From an uncultured cyanobacterium (GTDB lineage: Bacteria; Cyanobacteriota; Cyanobacteriia; PCC-9006; JAAUQQ01), in the NCBI GenBank assembly GCA_963718615.1, contig OY970368.1, positions 64,001-128,000 of the forward strand: a DNA stretch of 64,000 nucleotides. The letters are read 5' to 3'. Position 1 is the first letter of the stretch, and the number at the start of each line of letters is the position of its first letter. Below are positions 44,930 to 52,988 of the stretch, in pieces. Both the position numbers and the translations under genes were made by a program. The notes under the pieces are model-generated. The model had not been told where the DNA came from and searched no databases. It saw nothing but the letters and a program-made list of their open reading frames with translations.

Positions 44930-46264
44930 ATGTTGAATATCGATACCATCGCCGGTCAAGCCCAGGACATCGCCAAACGCTTAGGCATCGCCAAATACGA
45001 TGTTTCCGGCTCTTCCGTCGATGAAACCAATGTCCAGGTCGATCACGGCGACCCCAAACAGGTGAAAGCGTCCCAGCGATCCAGCGTCACCGTGCGCGTT
45101 TGGAACGACCAGGGTACCGTTGGCATTACTTCCACCTCAGACGTGGATGCAGCGGGTCTGGAACTAGCCCTAAAAACCGCCCATGAGGCCAGTGCCTTTG
45201 GAGCCAAGGAGCATATTCCCGATTTTAGCCCTGAGGCTACGGCTCCTTTGGCCGACATCCATCACGAAAAACACGCCCAGGCATCGGTCTCCAGGTTGAT
45301 CGAGCGCTTGGCCGCTGCGGAAAAAGAGCTCTTGGCCGCCCATGAGGCGATCGAGAGCGTTCCTTACAATGGCCTCTCCCAGCGAGATATCGAACGGTTC
45401 TACCTCAACAGCCAAGGAGCGGTTCGGGCAGAAGGCGGTTCCTACGCCTCCACCTATCTCTATACCAAAACTGCCCAAGAAGGTCGACGTCCCCGCAGCG
45501 CCGGGGCCTTCCGCGTCGCCTATGGCCTCGACCAACTGGATATCCCCGGCTGTATCCAAGAAACCGCTGAAAAAACCATCAGCCACCTCAACTACGAAAA
45601 GGTCAAAAGCGGCAAATACCTGGTTGTCTTTTCCCCTGAAGCCTTTCTCTCGCTTCTCGGTGCGTTTTCTAATCTGTTTAATGCCCAGAGCATTCTCGAT
45701 AATCGCAGTTTATCTAAGGCCGATTCCTTGGGACAGGCGATCGCCACCCCCCGGCTTTCGGTTTACGACGATGCCCTCCATCCAGCCAATATTGGTTCCA
45801 CAGCCTTTGATGACGAAGGCACCCCGACTCGCCGCGTGGCGCTGATCGAAAATGGCGTTCTCAGCAACTTCCTGCACAGCGCAGGCACCGCCAAGCGCAT
45901 GAATGCCCAACCCACGGGCCACGCCAATATGGGCGCGAAGGTGACCGTTAGCCCGCACTTTTACCACATCGCCGGTCACGAAGGCGGCAGCCTCAGCCTC
46001 GAAACCGCTGAAAACGTAATTTACGTTGATGAACTCTCCGCCCTCCATGCTGGCGTTCAGTCCCTACAAGGCTCTTTCTCCTTACCCTTTGATGGTTGGG
46101 TGGTGAATCAGGGGGAAAAAGTGAGCGTAGAATCGGCGACTGTCGCGGGGGATTTCCGGGAGGTGCTGAAGGCGATCGCCCAAGTCGATCGGGAGGAAAA
46201 GCTGACTCCGGGTGGGGTTGCCCCTCATATTTGGGTCGATGGACTATCGGTAACGGGAGAATAA
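44930..46264 (+). CDS. pmbA: TldE/PmbA subunit
   Basis: FDDEGTPT, GSFSLP, TVAGDF; no HExxxH motif; follows tldD. Start at ATG 44930. Confidence 0.9.
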   Translation: MLNIDTIAGQAQDIAKRLGIAKYDVSGSSVDETNVQVDHGDPKQVKASQRSSVTVRVWNDQGTVGITSTSDVDAAGLELALKTAHEASAFGAKEHIPDFSPEATAPLADIHHEKHAQASVSRLIERLAAAEKELLAAHEAIESVPYNGLSQRDIERFYLNSQGAVRAEGGSYASTYLYTKTAQEGRRPRSAGAFRVAYGLDQLDIPGCIQETAEKTISHLNYEKVKSGKYLVVFSPEAFLSLLGAFSNLFNAQSILDNRSLSKADSLGQAIATPRLSVYDDALHPANIGSTAFDDEGTPTRRVALIENGVLSNFLHSAGTAKRMNAQPTGHANMGAKVTVSPHFYHIAGHEGGSLSLETAENVIYVDELSALHAGVQSLQGSFSLPFDGWVVNQGEKVSVESATVAGDFREVLKAIAQVDREEKLTPGGVAPHIWVDGLSVTGE

Positions 46265-46296
46265 AGCGAGAGAATCAAGCAGGAGAATCAAAAACA

Positions 46297-46518
46297 ATGG
46301 GCCGGGAAAGCGACGGAGAATCCAGCTCGGAAGCATGGGTGAGTGAGGAGAGCGATCGCCAGCTCTTTCGCCAAGTCGTCCGGGATATCAGTCGGAACAA
46401 TATCTTCTGTCATTGCCGCCAATGCCAGGAAGAATGGGTGACCTCCCAACCCGAACCTTGTCGCTGTGGGTCGCGATCGGTTGAATGGATTTTCTGCTGG
46501 CAGTTTCCAGATGGCTAA
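46297..46518 (+). CDS. Small Cys-rich (zinc-ribbon-like) hypothetical protein
   Basis: AGGAG RBS; CHCRQC..EW.....PCRCGS......CWQFPD. Confidence 0.7.
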   Translation: MGRESDGESSSEAWVSEESDRQLFRQVVRDISRNNIFCHCRQCQEEWVTSQPEPCRCGSRSVEWIFCWQFPDG

Positions 46519-46559
46519 TGCTCACATTTAGCCCATAGTTTTTCTCAGATGGCACCGAC

Positions 46560-47006
46560 ATGGCACCTATTTTCCACCTTGCCTTTCCCACCACTGATAT
46601 TGAACAGACCAAGGCTTACTACGTCCAAGGATTGGGCTGTGAACTCGGGCGAGAAAATCGCAGCTCAGTGATCTTGAACCTCCAGGGCCATCAACTGGTG
46701 GCCCACCTCACGCGGGAGGCTTTGCCCTCGCAAACAGGTGTTTATCCCCGCCACTTTGGCTTAGTCTTTGACACTGAAGCCGAATGGGAAGCCCTTTTGC
46801 AACGGGCGCGTCAGCAGGGCTTATTCTTCTACGAGGAACCCAAACGTCGATTCGTTGGATCCGTGCTCGAACACGTCACCTTTTTCCTAGAGGATCCCTG
46901 CCACAACTTGATGGAATTTAAGTACTATTGCCATCCCGAAGCCATTTTTGGAGCTCAGGGACTCCAATCCATCGGCGATACCCATGCAGAAACCGTCTCT
47001 TCTTGA
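46560..47006 (+). CDS. VOC/glyoxalase superfamily protein
   Basis: IFHLAFP, GHQLVAH, PRHFG, FLEDP..N.MEFK. Confidence 0.88.
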   Translation: MAPIFHLAFPTTDIEQTKAYYVQGLGCELGRENRSSVILNLQGHQLVAHLTREALPSQTGVYPRHFGLVFDTEAEWEALLQRARQQGLFFYEEPKRRFVGSVLEHVTFFLEDPCHNLMEFKYYCHPEAIFGAQGLQSIGDTHAETVSS

Positions 47007-47157
47007 TGAACTTTTATGAACAGGCCGGGACGAGCCTTGATGGAGGGGTGGGCGTAATTTGATAATGGCAGAGCGATTATGGTAAAGCGTCTTCGCACAT
47101 CAAAATCTAAACTTCAGAAACTCACCTTTAAGACCACACAATAGGAGCACTGCGCCC

Positions 47158-47577
47158 ATGGGCATCATCAAAAAAATTCTTGGAGCTCTTCTCGGCATCG
47201 TTGCGGCCATTGGCGGCTTGGTTGGCCTTGGCAAAAAAGGCGGCGGTGACTACTACCTAGATTTGAGCGGCGAGGACGCAAAAGCCGCGAAGCCTGCTCA
47301 AGTTGCTTCGGCAGCCCCCGCTCCTGCCGCTAAGACTGCTCCGGTTGCTCCGGCTGCCGCTCCTGCCTCAGCATCTGCTGAAGCAGCACCGACGACGGCG
47401 GAAGCCACGGCTGAAAATCCTGAACCTGCTGGTGCCGAGGTGGCGGCTGAGCCTGCGCCTGAACCGACCTTTGCAGAACTCATGCAAACGCCCATGGTAA
47501 CCCTGCGAACCCGTCGTCCGGGTCCAAGTTTGGCTGGGTTTCAGGATATGGCTAAGGGAATGAGAATCCGAGCCTAG
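47158..47577 (+). CDS. Hypothetical Ala/Pro-rich protein with N-terminal hydrophobic anchor
   Basis: AGGAG RBS; C-terminal RRPGPSL..F.DMA; followed by a terminator. Confidence 0.72.
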   Translation: MGIIKKILGALLGIVAAIGGLVGLGKKGGGDYYLDLSGEDAKAAKPAQVASAAPAPAAKTAPVAPAAAPASASAEAAPTTAEATAENPEPAGAEVAAEPAPEPTFAELMQTPMVTLRTRRPGPSLAGFQDMAKGMRIRA

Positions 47578-47597
47578 TAAATAACGCACAAAACCTG

Positions 47598-47637
47598 AGG
47601 CCGAGACCAACGCTTGCGCGAGTCTCGGCCTTTTTTT
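47598..47637 (+). terminator. Rho-independent terminator
   Basis: AGGCCGAGAC...GTCTCGGCCT followed by a T run. Confidence 0.8.
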
Positions 47638-47652
47638 CGGCATTTTCGCTGC

Positions 47653-48318
47653 TCAGTCTGCAACCGCTTGAGCACGGGCCGCTGCGGCCACCTGTTCCAT
47701 TGGATCCTGCGCCAAGATCTCCAAAGCTGCTCGTGCCTCAGGGGTTTTAAAGTAACTCAGCGATTGAGCGACTCGACAACGTACCTGCCAGTCCTCATCG
47801 CTAACCAGGGGCAACAGCAGGGGGATCGCCCGCTCATCGCCCAGCTCCCCAAAGGCTGTAATGGCGGCAGTACGCACGAGTTCCGTCGATGAGGTGAGGG
47901 CCGTTTGCAAGAGCTCAAACCCAGCAGGATGGCCCAGAACACCTAGAACCGCAATAATACTGAGCTGCAAGAGCCAATCATCGTTGCTGTGATACATCGC
48001 TTCCAGGTCTTCAAACGCTTCTTGGAAACGCAGGGCTCCCAAGGCATCGGCGGCGGCAGCTTTGACATCAATTTCTGAATCGTTGTGAAGGCGATCGCGC
48101 AAAATCTCCAGGGCCAATGACCGATCCTGTTCTCCCAGGGTTGCCAACTGACTCACCGCTGCATAGCGAATCCGCGTGTGGGGATCTGAGATGGCGGGTT
48201 GGATGAGCTGAAACGCCACCGCAGGGTCTAGTTGACGCAATTGATTAAGGGCCGTGAGGCGATCGCGATATTCCTCCGAAGCCAGCAAAGCTTGTACGCT
48301 CTCGGGTGTAATACTCAT
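47653..48318 (-). CDS. nblB: HEAT-repeat phycobilisome degradation protein NblB-like
   Basis: MSITPESV..LL.S start, PBS-lyase HEAT repeats; ATGA overlap with the CBS gene. Confidence 0.75.
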   Translation of the reverse strand: MSITPESVQALLASEEYRDRLTALNQLRQLDPAVAFQLIQPAISDPHTRIRYAAVSQLATLGEQDRSLALEILRDRLHNDSEIDVKAAAADALGALRFQEAFEDLEAMYHSNDDWLLQLSIIAVLGVLGHPAGFELLQTALTSSTELVRTAAITAFGELGDERAIPLLLPLVSDEDWQVRCRVAQSLSYFKTPEARAALEILAQDPMEQVAAAARAQAVAD

Positions 48319-48785
48319 GAATCCTGAAGTTCCTCCGCCATAGCCCGCACAATATCGCCTCGGGTTAATACCCCAATCAGGATTTGCTCATCATCGACAA
48401 CCAACAATCGATGGATTTTGTGCTCATTCATTTGCCGAGCCGCTTCCGCCAAGGAAAGGGACTGCTTGATGGTGAGCGGTTTTCCTGTCATCACTTCCCC
48501 TACGGTTTGCCCCAGCGCTTTATGGAGATCCCGCTCGTAGGTGGCTGGATTTTGTAGATAAATCACGCTGTCCAGCAGCAAAATGTGGGGCGGCGGCGTC
48601 ACCCCTGTGGCTTGCCACATCAAATCAGTTTCTGAAATCACCCCCACGGCCTTGTCTTGATCATCAATCACAGGCAAACCGCTGATCCGATGTTGAGCCA
48701 TCAGCTGAACCGCTTGCTTAAGCGGAGAGTCAGCTTTCAAGCAAATGGGCTCCCGCGTCATGTAGTCCGCCACAACTTTGACCAT
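48315..48785 (-). CDS. CBS domain pair protein
   Basis: ISGLPV, GVISETDL, GQTVGEVMT, GVLTRGDIVR. Confidence 0.9.
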   Translation of the reverse strand: MVKVVADYMTREPICLKADSPLKQAVQLMAQHRISGLPVIDDQDKAVGVISETDLMWQATGVTPPPHILLLDSVIYLQNPATYERDLHKALGQTVGEVMTGKPLTIKQSLSLAEAARQMNEHKIHRLLVVDDEQILIGVLTRGDIVRAMAEELQDS

Positions 48786-49155
48786 AGCTCACCCACAAAA
48801 TGATTCTTTCCTTACTGCTTTTCATTCTAAGGGGAAGCTCAAGGGTTACCGCGCGGATTTCCGAGCACCTCTCCCGATCGCCATCAGCCAAGTGAACTGA
48901 GTCTCCGTAGTTTTTGGTGATCCGGATTTTTTCTGAGTAACAACTAATGCTGCAACTTTACAGAACCCAGAGCTGTCGTAAAGATTCAGAAAACCCCGAT
49001 TCAATCCATTGGTGAAGCTTCGATGCCGCTCGTACTATAGGGCATAAGCAGACAGGGATTGAGGCCATTTTCTACAGGTCATTTCAATATCTGTTCTTCG
49101 GCTGGGGTGCCTGAGAAAAGCTTTAGAAGTCTTTGTAAAAAAGGTAGCGTTCGCT

Positions 49156-49851
49156 GTGTCAATGATTTGGAGTTCTCGACCCAAAACTCACTCCCAGTCT
49201 GAGGCTCAGATTGTTTTGAGGACACCGTTCCGCTCGGCAACGGTTCATGCCTCAGCCGAGAGTGTTGCCAAACGATTCTTAGACATTGTCGGCGCTTGTG
49301 CCGGTTTGTTGCTGACGATTTTGCTGTTTCCGGCGATCGCTCTAGCCATCCAAATCGAATCGCCAGGTCCAGTGCTCTATAGCCAAATTCGCTGTGGGCT
49401 GAATGGTCATCCCTTCCGCATTTGGAAATTTCGCTCGATGATTCCCGAGGCCGATCGCTTACAGCATATGGTGAGCAACCAAGCCAAGGGCAATATCTTT
49501 AAAAATGAACATGATCCACGGGTCACCCGCGTTGGGCGTTTTCTGCGGAAAAGCAGTTTGGATGAACTGCCCCAGTTTTGGAATGTCCTCCAGGGCGATA
49601 TGAGCCTCGTCGGGACCCGACCTCCGACCGTGAGCGAAGTTTTGAAGTACGATCGCCACCACTGGGAGCGTCTACGGGTCAAGCCCGGTATCACGGGCGA
49701 ATGGCAGGTCAATGGTCGCTCTTCGGTTTCAGACTTTGAGACGATTGTGGCCTTTGATCGGGCCTATCAGCACAAGTGGTCGTTGCGATATGACATGCTG
49801 TTAATTATCAAGACGTTCGCAGTAGTTCTTAGTCGCCGTGGCGCTTACTGA
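49156..49851 (+). CDS. Bacterial sugar transferase (priming phosphoglycosyl transferase)
   Basis: KRFLDI, KFRSM, DPRVTRVG.FLRK.SLDELPQ, MSLVG.RP, KPGITG.WQV.GR. Confidence 0.92.
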   Translation: MSMIWSSRPKTHSQSEAQIVLRTPFRSATVHASAESVAKRFLDIVGACAGLLLTILLFPAIALAIQIESPGPVLYSQIRCGLNGHPFRIWKFRSMIPEADRLQHMVSNQAKGNIFKNEHDPRVTRVGRFLRKSSLDELPQFWNVLQGDMSLVGTRPPTVSEVLKYDRHHWERLRVKPGITGEWQVNGRSSVSDFETIVAFDRAYQHKWSLRYDMLLIIKTFAVVLSRRGAY

Positions 49852-50404
49852 TTCTAGTACTGAAACCCGTACTCAAACTATTACGATTCCCACCTGGGTG
49901 ACCCTGTCTCGCCTGGTGGGTATTCCGTTTATTATCTATGGCCTCCAGCCAGGGATTGAATTCTCCCGCTGGTGGTCTGTTGGTATTTTTATCGCGATCG
50001 CAGCCACAGACTGGCTCGATGGTTATTTGGCTCGACGCCTCAATCAGGTGACTGATTTGGGTAAATTTTTAGACCCTCTGGTCGATAAGCTGATGATTAT
50101 GGGTCCGCTCCTGAGTTTATTGGTCCTAGGGCAGGTGAACGTTTGGGGCGTCTTTTTGATTTTGAGCCGAGAGATTGCGATCGCCGGTTGGCGGGTCAGT
50201 CAACCCAAAATTTCCGGAGCCAATGTCTGGGGCAAGCTGAAGACCGTCAGTCAGATTGGGGCGATCGCGGTTCTGATCGCCCCTTTGCCACCGGCTTGGC
50301 AAGGAATGGGTCCAGTGCTGTTTTGGGTCGCCGTTGCCCTAACGCTGATTTCAGGGGCCATTTATCTCAAGCCTGACCCCGTCGCCCAAACACCAACATC
50401 TTGA
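49838..50404 (+). CDS. pgsA: CDP-diacylglycerol--glycerol-3-phosphate 3-phosphatidyltransferase
   Basis: TDWLDGYLARR.NQVTDLGKFLDPLVDK, GKLKTVSQ. Confidence 0.92.
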   Translation: MALTDSSTETRTQTITIPTWVTLSRLVGIPFIIYGLQPGIEFSRWWSVGIFIAIAATDWLDGYLARRLNQVTDLGKFLDPLVDKLMIMGPLLSLLVLGQVNVWGVFLILSREIAIAGWRVSQPKISGANVWGKLKTVSQIGAIAVLIAPLPPAWQGMGPVLFWVAVALTLISGAIYLKPDPVAQTPTS

Positions 50405-50414
50405 ATGGGGTTTC

Positions 50415-52988
50415 CTAATGCAGGGTCCGCAGCAGGTTGCGAATTTTAGGCCGCTGCTGTTCCATCACCTGTTCAGGGAAGCTTAGTTCAATCGTGGTGT
50501 TGCTGCCCAGCGGGTCGATCACCTGCTCCACCTGAATCACCTGGGCTAACAGACGACTGGGCAACGGCTCTGTGGCATCTTGGCTGAGCAGCAGCCCCAC
50601 CAGGGCACCGGACTCCCCAAGCCGCTGAAGGTTCTGGGTATTGGCCGGTAGCTCAATCCGCAAACTGCGGCTATTAATCTCCCGTGCCACACCACTGTAA
50701 AACTGCCCTTCCCAATAGAGCTGCACCGCCGCTTCGATTTTCTTGCGCATACGCTGTCCCCGAGCCGGTCGAGCCGGTTGGAAACTGCGCAGTAGACTGG
50801 TAGCAATAAAGCGGAAGGAGTCCAGCGGGCGATCGATCTCCTGACGATTTTGGGCGTACCATTCCCCGACATCGGAATAGATCACAATACAGAGCGCATC
50901 CTGCTGGGCGCGACTGAGATCGATATAGTCGATCGCCAGCACCACTTGGTTGTCGCTGGTCGGAATTGCCCGCACAATCCGGCCATTAACAAAGGCCCGA
51001 GCGCCAAAATCTCCCAAAATTTCGAGCTCAACTTCATCGGGCAGATTAGGCCAATTGTCTAGAACCAGCCGACAGCCCCGTTCGCTGATGTCCAGGGTTT
51101 TGCCTTCGAGGGTTTGACCAGGACTATAGAGCGTCACCGGCAGCTTGCGCTCCAGCCGATGGGCAATGCGCAGTTGGGGTTGCTCGAAGGCTACAAGCAG
51201 CGCCGAAACCAACAGCACCAGATTAAAACAGCTCCAGAAGGCATTGATCAAAGCTGCCTCCGTGGCCTCAGGCCGATAGATCAGCCACAGGGGCACAGCC
51301 GCCAGGGAAGCTGCGACCAACACCGCTACGATGACCAAGGCCTGAGAAGATTCCCAGTCAAAGGTTCGTTTGGTAATGGAGGAGCCTTTGTCGGTGACGT
51401 TAAAATTGCCGAGGCGAGGATTAATCAAGGCCAAAAAGGTCACAATTCCCGCCTGGAAAGACATCGCAAATTCGTAGATTTCATTCCAGAACGAAAAGCG
51501 AACGTTTTTGTAGGGGATAAAGTTGGCGTAGGTCGAGAGAATGATGTGCGGTAGAGCGTAAGCCAGGGTTTCTAAGCCTAAACCGCGAATGGGGTTGATG
51601 CCAAACAGGAGGAAAAGAGTGGGGGCGATCGCATACATCAAGCGCGGAAACCCATAGAAAAAGTGAGAGGTCGCGCTGAAGTAGCAAAGCCGTTGGGACA
51701 GCGAGAGTTTGAGCTTGAGATTTAAGAGCGGATTCTCCAGCCGCAAAATCTGCGCCATTCCCCTCGCCCAACGGACCTGTTGCCCCACATAGGACGAGAA
51801 TTTTTCGGGCGCAAGGCCCGCAATCATAATTTTGTCGTAATAGACCGATTCGTATCCCCGCGAATGGAGTCGAAACGAGGTGTGACAATCTTCGGTCACG
51901 GTTTCCACGGCGATGCCGCCTACCTCTAGGACATGGCTTTTGCGAATGACAGCAGCAGACCCGCAGAAAAAGGCAGAGTTCCAGAAATCATTGCCTTTCT
52001 GGAGCACTTTGTAAAACAGCTCGTTGCCAACCGGCACTCGCCCTCCCGTCAGCAGGTTGCGCTCAAAGGGATCCGGGTTGTAAAACCAGTGGGGCGTCTG
52101 CACCAAGGACACCTTGGGATTAAAGAAAAAGCCGACGGTGTGCTGAAGAAATTGGCGAGAGGGAATATGGTCACAATCGAGGATCATAATCAAATCCCCG
52201 GAAGTCCTGTGCATGGCGGTATTGATATTCCCCGCCTTGGCATGGTCGTTGTTGTCCCGCGTCAGCATCTCGCAGCCCAACTCTTCGCACATGCGGCGAA
52301 GTTCCTGGCGTCGCTCGGGATACTTGCGACCATCGTCTAGGATATAGACCCGCTTTTTATCCTCAGGATAATCCACGGCTAAGGCTCCTAAGGCCGTTTT
52401 GCGGACGATCTCGACATCTTCGTTGTAGGTCGGAATATAGATATCGACCGAGAACCACTGCTCCTGGGGAAAGTTGGCGAGGTCAACGGGTTGGCGATCG
52501 CGCAGTTTCAACGTCTGAAAATAAGACAAAAACAGCGTCATGATCGCATAGAGTTCTGCCATGTACAGCAGCACACTAAAAATGCCGTCCACCCAGTTGT
52601 CGAGCTTGAGTGTATAGGAGGTTCGATAGTGCAGATAGCGCAGCGTGGTCAAGGCGCTGACCCAAATAATCAGCAAGTGCAAATATTCACTGGCCTTGCG
52701 ATCGTCGCGGGACTGCTCTAACTGCACAATGCCCCAGCCAAAGAGCACCAACACCAGGGCGACTAGCGCCTGCTGTCCCAGGGTAATCGGCGTCACAATC
52801 AGCGGCAATGACAGGATCATCAACAGACCCATCAATCCCCACAACAACGCCGGGGGAAGTTTCCCCACTAGCACTTCGAGGCTGTTAGGTAACCAATCGA
52901 CCAATACAGCAACCAGCCCGGAACGGTGAGGTTTCTGGGGGAGTTTCTGGGGGGACTTCTGGGGGGGCTCAGAGTAGGAATGGGTCAC
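50415..52988 (-). CDS. bcsA: Cellulose synthase catalytic subunit (GT2) with PilZ domain(s)
   Basis: PTYNE, DDG, HAKAGN, DCD, QTPH, FFCGS, TED, QQVRW, FNVTDK; PilZ motifs RIAHR and DISERG. Confidence 0.93.
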   Translation of the reverse strand: MTHSYSEPPQKSPQKLPQKPHRSGLVAVLVDWLPNSLEVLVGKLPPALLWGLMGLLMILSLPLIVTPITLGQQALVALVLVLFGWGIVQLEQSRDDRKASEYLHLLIIWVSALTTLRYLHYRTSYTLKLDNWVDGIFSVLLYMAELYAIMTLFLSYFQTLKLRDRQPVDLANFPQEQWFSVDIYIPTYNEDVEIVRKTALGALAVDYPEDKKRVYILDDGRKYPERRQELRRMCEELGCEMLTRDNNDHAKAGNINTAMHRTSGDLIMILDCDHIPSRQFLQHTVGFFFNPKVSLVQTPHWFYNPDPFERNLLTGGRVPVGNELFYKVLQKGNDFWNSAFFCGSAAVIRKSHVLEVGGIAVETVTEDCHTSFRLHSRGYESVYYDKIMIAGLAPEKFSSYVGQQVRWARGMAQILRLENPLLNLKLKLSLSQRLCYFSATSHFFYGFPRLMYAIAPTLFLLFGINPIRGLGLETLAYALPHIILSTYANFIPYKNVRFSFWNEIYEFAMSFQAGIVTFLALINPRLGNFNVTDKGSSITKRTFDWESSQALVIVAVLVAASLAAVPLWLIYRPEATEAALINAFWSCFNLVLLVSALLVAFEQPQLRIAHRLERKLPVTLYSPGQTLEGKTLDISERGCRLVLDNWPNLPDEVELEILGDFGARAFVNGRIVRAIPTSDNQVVLAIDYIDLSRAQQDALCIVIYSDVGEWYAQNRQEIDRPLDSFRFIATSLLRSFQPARPARGQRMRKKIEAAVQLYWEGQFYSGVAREINSRSLRIELPANTQNLQRLGESGALVGLLLSQDATEPLPSRLLAQVIQVEQVIDPLGSNTTIELSFPEQVMEQQRPKIRNLLRTLH

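Noticed and set aside
49103-49135. GGGGTGCCTGAGA resembling the start of a TPP riboswitch
   Set aside because: The downstream ACCTGAT...ATGC/TACCAGCG core is absent and the next gene is unrelated to thiamine.
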